From Sulfuritalea sp. (GTDB lineage: Bacteria; Pseudomonadota; Gammaproteobacteria; Burkholderiales; Rhodocyclaceae), in NCBI GenBank assembly GCA_011526165.1, contig WYAY01000160.1, positions 11,354 through 75,353 of the forward strand: a stretch of DNA of 64,000 bases, in the 5' to 3' direction. Position numbers and translations under genes: made by a program. Under the pieces are notes generated by a model. It saw nothing but the letters and a program-made list of their open reading frames with translations, was not told where the DNA came from and ran no database searches. Numbering within the stretch: the stretch's first letter is position 1; the number at the start of each line of letters is the position of its first letter. Shown here piece after piece: positions 1 through 9,842 of this stretch.

Positions 1-369
1 CGGGAATCCTACGATGCCTTCCGCGAGCTGGTGGCCAAGTTCCCTTCCAGCAAGTACGCCGCCGACGCCACGGCCCGCATGAAGTACCTGGTGAACGCGC
101 TGGCCTCGCACGAGGTGCATGTGGCGCGCTATTACATGAAGCGCGGCGCCTTCGTCGCCGCCGCCAACCGCGCCCAGGCCGCCGTAAGGACCTACGTCGA
201 CGCGCCGGCCAACGAGGAGGCGCTGTTCATCATGGTGAAGGCCTACGACGCGCTCGGCCTGAACGACCTGCGCGACGACGCCGAGCGCGTCATGCGCACC
301 AACTTCCCCAACAGCGACTATTACAAGCGCGGCATCGACCGCAAGGAGCCGTGGTGGAAGCTGTGGTAA
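1..369 (+). CDS. bamD: Outer membrane protein assembly factor BamD (5'-truncated by window edge)
   Basis: Frame is open from base 1; C-terminal TPR-like lipoprotein sequence (FPSSKYAADA, HEVHVARYYMKRGAFVAAANRA). Confidence 0.9.
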   Translation, partial: RESYDAFRELVAKFPSSKYAADATARMKYLVNALASHEVHVARYYMKRGAFVAAANRAQAAVRTYVDAPANEEALFIMVKAYDALGLNDLRDDAERVMRTNFPNSDYYKRGIDRKEPWWKLW

Positions 370-397
370 GGCGGGGGTAGGAGAAAGGCCCGCGCGA

Positions 398-832
398 TCA
401 GCGCGCCAGCGCGATCAGCACGCTGCAGGGGGCGTCCTCGATGAGGGTGGAGCCGACCGAGCCCTTCCACCAGCGCGACATGAAGAAGGCGTGCTTGCGG
501 TGGCCGACGACGATCAGGTCGACGCACAGCCCGCTCGCCATGCGGCAGATCTCGTCGACCGGCTCGCCGGTGACGACATGGCCCTCGGCCTTGACGCCCC
601 GTTCTTCGAGCAGCTTCAGCCCCTCGTCGAGGATTTCCTTGAAGCGGCGATTCTCGTCCTCCTGCAGCGTCTCCGGCACGAAGCCCTCGGTGAGGTAGAG
701 CCCGGCCATCAGCGGCGCCACCGCCAGCAGATGGATCTCGGCGTGCAGAAAGTTGTTGATGTCGGCGCATTCGAGCAGGGCGGTTCTTCCGCTCTGCGAG
801 CCATCGTAGGCCAGCAAGACTTTTCGGTACAT
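398..832 (-). CDS. Universal stress protein (UspA family)
   Basis: MYRKVLLAYDGS start, DLIVVG and GSVGSTLIEDAPCSVL USP motifs; start moved to ATG at 832. Confidence 0.9.
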   Translation of the reverse strand: MYRKVLLAYDGSQSGRTALLECADINNFLHAEIHLLAVAPLMAGLYLTEGFVPETLQEDENRRFKEILDEGLKLLEERGVKAEGHVVTGEPVDEICRMASGLCVDLIVVGHRKHAFFMSRWWKGSVGSTLIEDAPCSVLIALAR

Positions 833-933
833 CGCCTTTCCCCCTCTCGATATCGTTATGGGGACGATGTTAATGGAAGGATCGGCCGGGTTCAATCGGG
901 CTATACTCAGCGGCTCAAAAAAACAGGCCAGCA

Positions 934-2463
934 ATGCCAATCGACATTCACTCCCCCACCCTGACGCTGGGCATCGCCGGCGCCGGCGCCATGGGCCGCG
1001 GCATCGCCCAGATCGCCGCCCAGGCCGGCATTCGCGTCCTGCTCTTCGACCTGGCGCCCGGCGCCGCCGCGGCGGCACGCGAGACGATCGCCGCCACGCT
1101 GTCCGGCCTGGTCGCCAAGGGCAAGCTGGCCGCCGCCGATGCCGAAGCCGCCGCAGCCCGCATCGAGCCGGTCGCGTCGCTCGAGGCTTTCGCCCCCTGC
1201 CACGTCGTCGTCGAGGCGATCGTCGAGAAGCTGGAAGTCAAGCGCGAGCTCTTCCGCCAGCTGGAAGCCATCGCCGGCCCAGAGTGCCTCCTTGCCAGCA
1301 ACACCTCCTCTCTGTCGGTCACCGATATCGCCGCCGCCTGCCGGCGGCCGGACCGCGTCGCCGGCTTCCATTTCTTCAACCCGGTGCCGCTGATGAAGGT
1401 GGTCGAGGTCGTCGACGCCCTGCTCACCGCGCCGTGGGCCGTCGAGGCGCTCGCCGCGCTGGCGCGGCGCATGGGCCATGTCCCGGTGCGCGCCAAGGAC
1501 ACGCCGGGCTTCATCGTGAACCACGCCGGCCGCGGCTATGTCACCGAGGCCCTGCGCCTCGCCGGCGAGAACGTCGCCGAGGTCCACGTCATCGACGCCA
1601 TCCTGCGCGGCGCCGGCGGCTTCCGCATGGGACCCTTCGAACTGCTCGACCTGACCGGCCTCGACGTCTCGCATCCGGTGATGGAGTCGATCTACCGCCA
1701 GTACTACGAAGAGCCGCGCTACCGTCCCTCCGCCCTGGCGGCGCAGCGCCTCGCCGGCGGCCTGCTCGGCAGGAAAAGCGGTCGCGGTTTCTACCATTAC
1801 GAGGACGGCAGGCAGCAGATACCGGCGCTGCCGCCCGCGCCCGCCGCACGGCCGCACCGGGTCTGGGTGAGCGATGCCCGGCCGGCCTTCGCCGCCGCCG
1901 TGCGCGAGCTGGTGGGCCGGCTTGGCGGCAGGCTCGACGAAAGTCAGTCGCCGCAGGACGGCGCGCTGATCCTGGTCACGCCGCTGGGCGAGGACGCCAG
2001 CACCTGTGCCGCGCGCGAAGGCCTCGACGCCTCGCGCACCATTGCCATCGACGCCCTGCCCGGCCTCGACCGCCATCGCACCCTGATGGCCACGCCGCTC
2101 ACCAGCGCCGCCATGCGCGAGGCGGCGCACGGCCTCTTCGCCGGCGACGGCGTGCCGGCCTCGCTCATCCGCGACAGCGCCGGCTGCGTCATGCAGCGCG
2201 TGCTGGCGCACATCGTGAACATCGGCTGCGACATTGCCCAGCAGAACATCGCTTCGCCGGAGGACATCGACCGCGCCGTCAGCCTCGGCCTCGGCTATCC
2301 GAAGGGCCCGCTGGCGCTGGGCGACGCGCTCGGCGCGCGCACCGTGCTGGCAATCCTGGAAAACCTGCAGGCCTGCTCCGGCGATCCGCGCTACCGCCCC
2401 AGCCCGTGGCTGCGTCGCCGCGCGCTGCTCGGCGCCTCGCTGCTAACGCCGGAAACCGAATGA
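934..2463 (+). CDS. paaH: 3-hydroxyacyl-CoA dehydrogenase (PaaH-like, duplicated C-terminal domain)
   Basis: GAGAMGRGIA Rossmann motif, ASNTSSLS, GFHFFNPVPLM, GFRMGPFEL. Confidence 0.85.
   Translation: MPIDIHSPTLTLGIAGAGAMGRGIAQIAAQAGIRVLLFDLAPGAAAAARETIAATLSGLVAKGKLAAADAEAAAARIEPVASLEAFAPCHVVVEAIVEKLEVKRELFRQLEAIAGPECLLASNTSSLSVTDIAAACRRPDRVAGFHFFNPVPLMKVVEVVDALLTAPWAVEALAALARRMGHVPVRAKDTPGFIVNHAGRGYVTEALRLAGENVAEVHVIDAILRGAGGFRMGPFELLDLTGLDVSHPVMESIYRQYYEEPRYRPSALAAQRLAGGLLGRKSGRGFYHYEDGRQQIPALPPAPAARPHRVWVSDARPAFAAAVRELVGRLGGRLDESQSPQDGALILVTPLGEDASTCAAREGLDASRTIAIDALPGLDRHRTLMATPLTSAAMREAAHGLFAGDGVPASLIRDSAGCVMQRVLAHIVNIGCDIAQQNIASPEDIDRAVSLGLGYPKGPLALGDALGARTVLAILENLQACSGDPRYRPSPWLRRRALLGASLLTPETE
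1939..1963 (+). repeat. Polar 25-bp motif, copy 1 (GAAAGTCAGTC-gccgcagg-ACGGCG)
   Basis: Read directly; inside paaH, translated ESQSPQDG. Confidence 0.85.
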
Positions 2464-3698
2464 TCCTCGACGCCCGCACCATCCTGCTGCTGATGGCCTT
2501 CACGGCGCTGCCCACCGCCCTGGTGCTGGTGGCCGTCTCGCGCTCCTACGCCGCCCGCGTGCGCGGCGCCGGCCACTGGACCTGGGCCAACATCGCGCTG
2601 GCGGCGGGCCTGCTGCTGCTCGGCCTCTCCGCCACCGGAGACAGCCTGCCCGCCCGCGTCGTCGGCAACACCTTGCTGGTGCTCACCGCCGCCCTCTACT
2701 ACCTGGCCATCCAGCGCCTGCTCGGCGACAAGCCGCACAGCCGCCTCGCCTGGGCCACCGTGGCGGCGGCCGGCATCGTGTTCACCCTGCAGTGGTCGTC
2801 CGCCGCGCCCTACGGCCTGGCGGTCGGCACGCTGTCCATCGCGCTGGCCATCCTCACCGGCCTCAGCGCCGCCCGCCTGCTGCTGCCGCCCGCGACAGAC
2901 GTGCCGGTCTCGCACCGCTTCACCGGCCTGCTGTTCCTCATCGGCTGCCTGCTGATGACGGCGCGCCTGGCCTACACCGCGCTGGCCGACCATCCGCCGG
3001 ACCATCTCTTTGCCGCCGATTTCTGGCAGGGCGTCATCCTCGGCGGAGCCCATATCATCACGATGCTGATGAGCCTGGGCTTTGCCCTGATGATCGTCGA
3101 CCAGCTCGCCGCCGAACTGGGCCGCCAGGCCACGCTCGACGAGCTGACCGGCATCGGCAACCGCCGCGTCTTCTACAGCCGGGCCGAGGCGGAACTGGCG
3201 CGCTGCCGGCGCCGCAACACGCCGCTGTCGCTGCTGATGATCGACCTCGACCGCTTCAAGTCGATCAACGACACGCTGGGCCACGCCGCCGGCGACAGGA
3301 CGTTGCGCCGCTTCGCCGAGCTGGTCGGCCCGCACCTGCGCGAATACGACTTCTTCGCCCGTCTCGGCGGCGAGGAGTTCGCCGCGCTGCTGCCCGACAC
3401 GACCGAGGAGGTCGCCCTCGGCATCGCCGAGCGGCTGCGCCAGCTGACCGAGGCCGAGCATCTGCCCGCGCCCGGCTTCGCGGTGCCCACCACTGCCAGC
3501 ATCGGCGCGGCCCAGCTGCTGGAGGCGGAACGCGGCATCGACGAGCTGATGCACCGCGCCGACCTGGCCCTCTACGCCGCCAAGAGCAGCGGGCGCAACC
3601 GCGTCGTCGCCGCCTCCTGGCTGGAAGAAACGACGGCCGTGCTGCCGCCGGCGGGACGCCCCGCCGCCGCGCCCGCCGTGCAGGCCGGCGCCGAATGA
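2460..3698 (+). CDS. Membrane-bound diguanylate cyclase (GGDEF)
   Basis: Several N-terminal hydrophobic helices, DIDxFK-like motif (IDLDRFKSIND), GGEEF active site, RxxD I-site (REYD); ATGA overlap with paaH stop. Confidence 0.9.
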   Translation: MILDARTILLLMAFTALPTALVLVAVSRSYAARVRGAGHWTWANIALAAGLLLLGLSATGDSLPARVVGNTLLVLTAALYYLAIQRLLGDKPHSRLAWATVAAAGIVFTLQWSSAAPYGLAVGTLSIALAILTGLSAARLLLPPATDVPVSHRFTGLLFLIGCLLMTARLAYTALADHPPDHLFAADFWQGVILGGAHIITMLMSLGFALMIVDQLAAELGRQATLDELTGIGNRRVFYSRAEAELARCRRRNTPLSLLMIDLDRFKSINDTLGHAAGDRTLRRFAELVGPHLREYDFFARLGGEEFAALLPDTTEEVALGIAERLRQLTEAEHLPAPGFAVPTTASIGAAQLLEAERGIDELMHRADLALYAAKSSGRNRVVAASWLEETTAVLPPAGRPAAAPAVQAGAE

Positions 3699-4357
3699 TC
3701 GACTGGCGCGCCATCGACACCGTCCTGCTCGACATGGACGGCACGCTGCTGGACCTGCATTTCGACAACCATTTCTGGCAGGAACACGTGCCGGTGCGCT
3801 ATGCCGAAAAGCACGGCCTGCCCCCTGCCCGGGCGCACCGGCTGCTGATGGACACCTACCGCGCCAAGGCCGGCACCCTCGACTGGTACTGCGTGGATTA
3901 CTGGACGCGCGAGCTGCAGCTGGACATCGTCCGGCTCAAGGAGGAGGTGGCGCACCTGATCGCCGTGCATCCGGACGTGCCGCGCTTTCTGGAGGCGCTG
4001 CGCGCCGCCGGCAAGGGCGTGGTGCTGGTCACCAACGCCCACCGGAAAAGCCTGTCGCTGAAGATGGCGCGCACCGGCCTGCAGGTGCATTTCGACCTGC
4101 TCATCACTTCGCACGAAGTCGGCCTGCCGAAGGAGGATGCCGCCTTCTGGCCGGCGCTGCGCGCGACGGTGCCCTACGATCCGGCGCGCACCCTGCTCAT
4201 CGACGACAGCCTGCCGGTGCTGCGCGCGGCGCGCGCCGGCGGCATCGCCCACCTGCTCGCCGTCTACCGTCCCGACACCCGCCAGCCCGACAAGGACGTC
4301 GGCGAGTTCGCCGCCTTGCGCCATTTCGCCGACATCATGCCGGGACTCGCCGGTTGA
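3695..4357 (+). CDS. yrfG: HAD-family GMP/IMP nucleotidase (YrfG-like)
   Basis: IDTVLLDMDGTLLDLHFDNHFW motif I, LVTNAH, IDDS; ATGA overlap. Confidence 0.85.
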   Translation: MIDWRAIDTVLLDMDGTLLDLHFDNHFWQEHVPVRYAEKHGLPPARAHRLLMDTYRAKAGTLDWYCVDYWTRELQLDIVRLKEEVAHLIAVHPDVPRFLEALRAAGKGVVLVTNAHRKSLSLKMARTGLQVHFDLLITSHEVGLPKEDAAFWPALRATVPYDPARTLLIDDSLPVLRAARAGGIAHLLAVYRPDTRQPDKDVGEFAALRHFADIMPGLAG

Positions 4358-4409
4358 AGTGCGCCGGAAATTTGGCGAGAATGGGCCAACCCCCAAGGGA
4401 GGAAGACGC

Positions 4410-6032
4410 ATGCACGGCCTGATGCAGAACATGCCCCTGATGATCTCCTCGCTGATCCGCCACGCCGAGCGCAACCACGGCGACACCGAGATCGTCTCGC
4501 GCGAGACCACCGGCGGCCTCCACCGCTACACCTATCGCGACGCCCACCGCCGCGCACGCCAGCTGGCCCGCGCGCTCATCTCGCTCGGCGTGAAGCCGGC
4601 CGACCGCGTCGCCACCCTGGCCTGGAACAATTACCGCCACTTCGAGCTGTACTACGGCGTCTCCGGCATGGGCGCCATCCTCAACACCGTCAACCCGCGC
4701 CTCTTCCCCGAGCAGATCGCCTACATCATCAACCACGCCGAGGACGGCCTGGTGTTCTTCGACCTAACCTTCCTGCCGCTGGTGGAAGGCATCGCACCGC
4801 ACTGCCAGGGCGTGCGCGGCTGGGTGGCGATGTGCGACCGCGCCCGCCTGCCCAAGTCGAAGCTCGACCTGCTCTGCTACGAGGATCTGATCAACGCCCA
4901 TTCCGACGACTACGAGTGGCCGGAGTTCGACGAACGCACCGCCTCCTCGCTGTGCTACACCTCGGGCACCACGGGCAATCCGAAGGGCGCGCTGTACTCG
5001 CACCGTTCGACGGTGCTGCACGCCTACGGCTCGGCCCTGCCCGACGCATTGAATCTCTCGGCGCGCGACACCGTGCTGCCGGTGGTGCCGCTGTTCCATG
5101 TCAACGCCTGGGGCCTGCCCTACGCCTGCGCGCTGGCCGGGGCGAAACTGGTGATGCCGGGCCCCCAGCTCGACGGCGCCAGCCTCCACGAGCTGTTCGA
5201 GCAGGAGCGGGTCACCGTCTCCGCCGGCGTGCCGACGGTCTGGCTCGGCCTGATGCAGCACATGCAGGCGCAGGGGCTGAAGCTGTCCACCGTCCAGCGC
5301 CTGGTGATCGGCGGCTCGGCCGCGCCGCCGGCGATGATCCGCGGCTTCGACGAGCAGTACGGCGTCACCGTGCTGCACGCCTGGGGCATGACCGAGATGA
5401 GTCCGCTCGGCACGGTGAACACCTACAAGGCCAAGCACGCCGCCCTCTCCGCCGCCGAGCGCGACGCCGTGCGCCTGAACCAGGGCCGCCCGATCTACGG
5501 CGTGGACATGAAGATCGTCGACGACGAGGGCCGCGAGCTGCCGCACGACGGCAAGGCCTTCGGCGACCTGCTGGTGCGCGGGCCGTGGGTCGTCTCCGGC
5601 TACTTCAAGGGCGAGGGCGGCAACGTCCTGCGCGAGGGCGGCTGGTTCCCCACCGGCGACGTCGCCACGCTGGATGCCGACGGCTACATGCAGATCACCG
5701 ACCGCTCCAAGGACGTCATCAAGTCGGGCGGCGAATGGATCAGCTCGATCGAGCTGGAGAATCTCGCCGTGTCGCACCCGGCCGTGGCCGAGGCGGCAGT
5801 GATCGGCATCGCCCACCCGAAGTGGGACGAACGGCCGCTGCTCGTCGTCGTGAAGAAGCCCGACCAGGCGCTGACGCGCGAGCAGCTGCTCGACTTCATG
5901 CGCGACAAGGTCGCCAAGTGGTGGTTGCCCGACGACGTCGCCTTCGTCGACAGCCTGCCGCACACCGCCACCGGCAAGCTGCTCAAGACGAAGCTGCGCG
6001 AGGAGTTTCGCAGCCACAAGCTGCCCTCCTGA
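4410..6032 (+). CDS. Acyl-CoA ligase (long-chain fatty acid / 3-methylmercaptopropionate-CoA ligase type)
   Basis: [14 protein letters not shown]-binding motif, [21 protein letters not shown]. Confidence 0.88.
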   Translation: MHGLMQNMPLMISSLIRHAERNHGDTEIVSRETTGGLHRYTYRDAHRRARQLARALISLGVKPADRVATLAWNNYRHFELYYGVSGMGAILNTVNPRLFPEQIAYIINHAEDGLVFFDLTFLPLVEGIAPHCQGVRGWVAMCDRARLPKSKLDLLCYEDLINAHSDDYEWPEFDERTASSLCYTSGTTGNPKGALYSHRSTVLHAYGSALPDALNLSARDTVLPVVPLFHVNAWGLPYACALAGAKLVMPGPQLDGASLHELFEQERVTVSAGVPTVWLGLMQHMQAQGLKLSTVQRLVIGGSAAPPAMIRGFDEQYGVTVLHAWGMTEMSPLGTVNTYKAKHAALSAAERDAVRLNQGRPIYGVDMKIVDDEGRELPHDGKAFGDLLVRGPWVVSGYFKGEGGNVLREGGWFPTGDVATLDADGYMQITDRSKDVIKSGGEWISSIELENLAVSHPAVAEAAVIGIAHPKWDERPLLVVVKKPDQALTREQLLDFMRDKVAKWWLPDDVAFVDSLPHTATGKLLKTKLREEFRSHKLPS

Positions 6033-6045
6033 TCCTGCATGTTTC

Positions 6046-6074
6046 GCCTGCCGGAACTCGGCGTTCCGGCAGGC
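6046..6074. terminator. 12-bp GC-rich hairpin after the acyl-CoA ligase
   Basis: GCCTGCCGGAAC-tcggc-GTTCCGGCAGGC; the U-tract is weak. Confidence 0.45.
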
Positions 6075-6186
6075 ATTCAAGTTTTCTCGGCGCCTTCCGT
6101 AATTGTTGGTAGCCCCAACGGAATCGTGTAAGCTCCAGGCAAGCATGCGCTTGGTTGGCGCTGCAAGAAAGGAACGCCGAAGAAAA

Positions 6187-7404
6187 ATGATCTATACGCT
6201 GCACGAACTGCAACACGCCGCCAACGCGCCGCTGCGCTTCTGGGCGGAAACCAGCCAGCAACTGTTCACCAACCCCTTCAGCCCGCTCTCCTACCTGCCC
6301 CACAGCAGCCGCGTCGCCGCCGGCTCCGAGCTGCTGGCGCGCATCGTCAAGCGCTACGAAAAGCCGTCATTCGGCCTCGACCCTGTCGTCATCGACGGCA
6401 GGAGCGTGCCCGTACGGGAGGAAGTGGTCGCCAGCAAGCCCTTCTGCAATCTGCTGCGCTTTCGCCGCGAAGCGCCGCTCGACCAGCCCAAGGTGCTGCT
6501 GGTGGCGCCGCTCTCCGGCCACTATGCCACGCTGCTGCGCGACACCGTGCGGGCGCTGCTGCCGGACCACGACGTCTACATCACCGACTGGATCGACGCC
6601 CGCCAGGTGCCGCTCGCCGAGGGTTATTTCCACTTCGCCGACTACGTCGCCTACGTGCAGGATTTCCTGCGCCTGCTGGCGCCCGGCGCGCACGTCATCT
6701 CGGTGTGCCAGCCGACCGTGCCGGTGCTGGCCGCCGTCTCGCTGATGGCCGCCGCCGACGACCCGGCCCAGCCGCGCAGCATGACGCTGATGGGCGGCCC
6801 GATCGACACGCGCCGCTCCCCGACGGAAGTCAACCAGTACGCCAAGACGCGCAGCCTGCGCTGGTTCGACACCCACGTCATCACCCGCGTGCCGCTGAAA
6901 TATCCCGGCTACATGCGGCGCGTCTATCCCGGCTTCCTGCAGCACTCGGGCTTCGTCGCCATGAACCCGGATCGCCACCTCAACGCCCACATCGATTTCT
7001 ACAATCACCTGGTCATCGGCGACGGCGAATCGGCCGAGGCGCACCGCAAGTTCTACGACGAGTACAACGCCGTGATGGACCTGCCGGCCGAGTACTACCT
7101 GGAAACCCTCGACATGGTGTTCATGAAGCACCAGTTGCCGCAGGGCGAGATGACGCTGTTCGGACAGCGCGTGCGGCCCTGGGCCATCCGCGACACGGCG
7201 CTATTCACCGTCGAGGGGGAACTGGACGACATCTCCGGCCCCGGCCAGACCGAGGCGGCGCACGACCTGTGCCGCAACATCCCCGCCGGAAAGAAGGACC
7301 ACTACCTCGTGCCGGGCGTCGGCCACTACGGCATCTTCAGCGGCAAGCGCTGGCGCGAGACGGTCTACCCTCGCGTGCGCGACTTCATCCGCGGGAATTC
7401 ATAG
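6187..7404 (+). CDS. phaZ: Intracellular polyhydroxyalkanoate depolymerase
   Basis: VAPLSGHYATLLR, SVCQP nucleophile motif, VEGELDDISG, GHYGIFSG. Confidence 0.92.
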   Translation: MIYTLHELQHAANAPLRFWAETSQQLFTNPFSPLSYLPHSSRVAAGSELLARIVKRYEKPSFGLDPVVIDGRSVPVREEVVASKPFCNLLRFRREAPLDQPKVLLVAPLSGHYATLLRDTVRALLPDHDVYITDWIDARQVPLAEGYFHFADYVAYVQDFLRLLAPGAHVISVCQPTVPVLAAVSLMAAADDPAQPRSMTLMGGPIDTRRSPTEVNQYAKTRSLRWFDTHVITRVPLKYPGYMRRVYPGFLQHSGFVAMNPDRHLNAHIDFYNHLVIGDGESAEAHRKFYDEYNAVMDLPAEYYLETLDMVFMKHQLPQGEMTLFGQRVRPWAIRDTALFTVEGELDDISGPGQTEAAHDLCRNIPAGKKDHYLVPGVGHYGIFSGKRWRETVYPRVRDFIRGNS

Positions 7405-7418
7405 CGCCTTCCCCCCCG

Positions 7419-7439
7419 CCCCCTTCCCTGGGAAGGGGG
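7419..7439. repeat. Inverted repeat between the convergent phaZ and HPF genes
   Basis: CCCCCTTCCC-T-GGGAAGGGGG; could be a terminator or REP-like element. Confidence 0.45.
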
Positions 7440-7473
7440 TGACGGTTGTTCGCTGCGCTCCTTGGCTTAACAG

Positions 7474-7827
7474 CTAGCCCGCAGTCTCCTGCCGGTTGTT
7501 GGCGTGGTGCTTGACGTCGCCGCGCTGGCGGCGGCCGTATTCCTCGACCTGGCGCTTGGCGGCGTCGAAGGCGTCGCGCAGGGCGACGTAGATGTCCTCG
7601 TGCTTGTCCCGGTTCACCACGATCTCGCTGCCGGGCACCTTGATGTCGATGCGCACGTTGTGCTGCTTGCCCTGGTGGTGGTGCTTGTGCGGCAACTCCA
7701 CCGTGACATGGCAGCCGATGATGTGCGGGTAGAACGTCTCCAGCTTGGCGGCCTTTTCCCGGATGTGGGTTTCAACCGCGTCTGAATGCGGGATGTCCTT
7801 GAAAGTGATCTGGACGGGTCTTTGCAT
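7474..7827 (-). CDS. HPF/RaiA-family ribosome-associated protein
   Basis: QITFKDIPHSDAVE, DIYVALRDAFDAAKRQ. Confidence 0.88.
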   Translation of the reverse strand: MQRPVQITFKDIPHSDAVETHIREKAAKLETFYPHIIGCHVTVELPHKHHHQGKQHNVRIDIKVPGSEIVVNRDKHEDIYVALRDAFDAAKRQVEEYGRRQRGDVKHHANNRQETAG

Positions 7828-7869
7828 GGCGCCACCTGTTGTGAGTGGGTTGTTCGAAGGGTCGCTTTC

Positions 7870-7910
7870 AGCATAACCGCCGGCGGCGGCGCGGCTTTGA
7901 GATAAATCAA
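7870..7910 (-). promoter_or_regulatory. Class II FNR/DNR-type promoter for the HPF gene
   Basis: TTGAT-TTAT-CTCAA (7910-7897) and -10 TATGCT (7875-7870); box centre about -41 from the inferred start site. Confidence 0.7.
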
Positions 7911-9241
7911 TCTGGCGAAGTCCGGCCGTCGACTTCCCGCGCCAGTGCGCGCAGCGGCTCGGCCACCGTCACCGGGTAGGCCGGCGCGGCAGCCAGTCCG
8001 CGCAGGGCATCGGGCAGCCGCGCCAGTTCCGCCAGCGCATGCCGGCGCACTTCCTGCAGCGGCGGCGATGGCACCAGCCGGTTGCCGCCGCGCATGACCT
8101 CGCGCAGCAGGCCCTCCCCTGCCGGTGCGGCGTCCGCGCTGGTAAGCAGGTCGCCCGCCAGGCGACCGTCCTGGCCGACGCTGCGCAGCACCTGCTTGCG
8201 GCCCGGCCAGGTCGCCTTGCCTTCGGAGCGCTTGCGCCGCGGCAATCCGGCGTATTCCTGCAGCTTGTAGGCGCAGTCGAGATACGGCGCGTCGGCCGAG
8301 GTGTTCATGCGCGTGCCGACGCCGAAGCCCTCGATGGGCGCGCCGCCGGCCACCAGGTCCCGCACGCGGTACTCGTCGAGGTTGCCGCTGGCGAAGACCT
8401 TCACCCCGGGCAGGCCGTCCGTATCGAGGATCTGCCGCACGTTGCGCGCATGCGCCGCCAGGTCGCCGCTGTCGATGCGCACGGCGTTGACGGCGATGCC
8501 CTCGCCTGCCAGCCGCCGCGCCAGCGGCGCCAGGCGGCGCGCGGCGCCCTCGGTGTCGTAGGTGTCGATGAGCAGCGTGGTGGCCTTCGGGTGCGAGCGG
8601 GCGAAATCCTCGAAGGCCTGCATCTCGCTGTCGTGCGCCTGGATGTAGGAGTGCGCCATGGTGCCGTAGAGGGGGATGTCCCACAGCATGCCGGCCTGCA
8701 CGTTGGAACTGCCGTCGAAGCCGGCAAGATAGCTGGCGCGCGCCGAGTGCAGTCCCGCCTCGGCGCCATGGGCGCGGCGCAGGCCGAAATCCACCAGCAG
8801 CTTGCCGGGCGCGGCGAGGCGCACGCGCGCCGCCTTGGCAGCCACCATGACCTGGAACTGCAGCAGGTTGATGATGCGCGTCTCGACCAGTTGCGCCTGC
8901 GGCAGCGGCGCCGCCACGCGCAGGATCGGCTCGTCGGGAAAGAACGGCGTACCCTCCGCCATGGCGGCGACGTCGCCGGTGAAGCGCAGGGCGGCGAGGG
9001 AATCGACGAAGCCGCGGCCGAAACGTCCGCAGCCGGCCAGCCAGTCGAGCTCCTGCTCCGTGAAGCGCAGGGTTTCCAGATAATCGAGCACCTGCTCCAG
9101 GCCGGCGGCGAGGAGAAAATTGCGATGCTCGGGCATCTTGCGCACGAAGAACTCGAACACCGCCGTGCCGTTCATGCCGCGGTCGTGATAGACCTGCAGC
9201 ATGGTGAGCTGGTAGAGGTCGGTGAGCAGTGCGGAATTCAT
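7907..9241 (-). CDS. pncB: Nicotinate phosphoribosyltransferase
   Basis: LLTDLYQLTM, DFGLRRAHG, GTMAHS, LIDTYD, VRIDSGD. Confidence 0.93.
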   Translation of the reverse strand: MNSALLTDLYQLTMLQVYHDRGMNGTAVFEFFVRKMPEHRNFLLAAGLEQVLDYLETLRFTEQELDWLAGCGRFGRGFVDSLAALRFTGDVAAMAEGTPFFPDEPILRVAAPLPQAQLVETRIINLLQFQVMVAAKAARVRLAAPGKLLVDFGLRRAHGAEAGLHSARASYLAGFDGSSNVQAGMLWDIPLYGTMAHSYIQAHDSEMQAFEDFARSHPKATTLLIDTYDTEGAARRLAPLARRLAGEGIAVNAVRIDSGDLAAHARNVRQILDTDGLPGVKVFASGNLDEYRVRDLVAGGAPIEGFGVGTRMNTSADAPYLDCAYKLQEYAGLPRRKRSEGKATWPGRKQVLRSVGQDGRLAGDLLTSADAAPAGEGLLREVMRGGNRLVPSPPLQEVRRHALAELARLPDALRGLAAAPAYPVTVAEPLRALAREVDGRTSPD

Positions 9242-9242
9242 A

Positions 9243-9836
9243 TCAGGCGGCGATGTTGCCGAATTCGATGCAGCGCGCCCCAAGCCGGCGCATCTCTTCC
9301 ATGGCGCGCGTGCCGTCGCCGGCCTGCACGTCGACGGCGCGCACCGCATCGGCGAGCAGGAAGGCCGCATAGTCGAGCCGCAACGCGTCGCGCACGGTGT
9401 TCAGCACGCAGTAGTCGGTGGCCAGCCCGCCGACGAAAACGCGCCGTACGCCCGCCCGCTTCAGCCAGGCATCGAGGTCGGTGCCCTCGAAGCCGGAATA
9501 GGCATCCTTGTCCTGCGCCGCCGCCTTGGAAACGATGTGCGCCTCGCAGGGCAGGTCGAGCCGCGGCGCGAAGCGCGCGCCGTCCGAGCCGGCCACGCAA
9601 TGCGGCGGCCACGGCCCGCCCCGTTCGCGGAACGAGCAGTGGTCGGCCGGATGCCAGTCGCGCGTGGCGACGACGGGAAAAGTCAGTCCCCGGAACACGG
9701 CGACATAGCGGTTGAGCGCCGGCACCACCTCGTCGCCGCGCGGCACGGCGAGGCGGCCGCCGGGCAGGAAGTCGAGCTGGACGTCGACCAGGATCAGCGC
9801 GTCGCCCGTCTGGAGATGAACCGTCTCTTCCGGCAT
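9243..9836 (-). CDS. pncA: Nicotinamidase/pyrazinamidase
   Basis: VDVQLDF, DWHPADH, WPPHCV, YSGF, GLATDYCV. Confidence 0.92.
   Translation of the reverse strand: MPEETVHLQTGDALILVDVQLDFLPGGRLAVPRGDEVVPALNRYVAVFRGLTFPVVATRDWHPADHCSFRERGGPWPPHCVAGSDGARFAPRLDLPCEAHIVSKAAAQDKDAYSGFEGTDLDAWLKRAGVRRVFVGGLATDYCVLNTVRDALRLDYAAFLLADAVRAVDVQAGDGTRAMEEMRRLGARCIEFGNIAA
9678..9702 (+). repeat. Polar 25-bp motif, copy 2 (AAAAGTCAGTC-cccggaac-ACGGCG)
   Basis: Read directly; antisense inside pncA (AVFRGLTF). Confidence 0.9.
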
Positions 9837-9842
9837 GGCAGC

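Noticed and set aside
858-3698. Apparent fusion ORFs (946 aa here; also 36145-38910 and 47117-50131)
   Set aside because: The N-terminal parts are off-frame overlaps of the neighbouring gene; the true starts are internal
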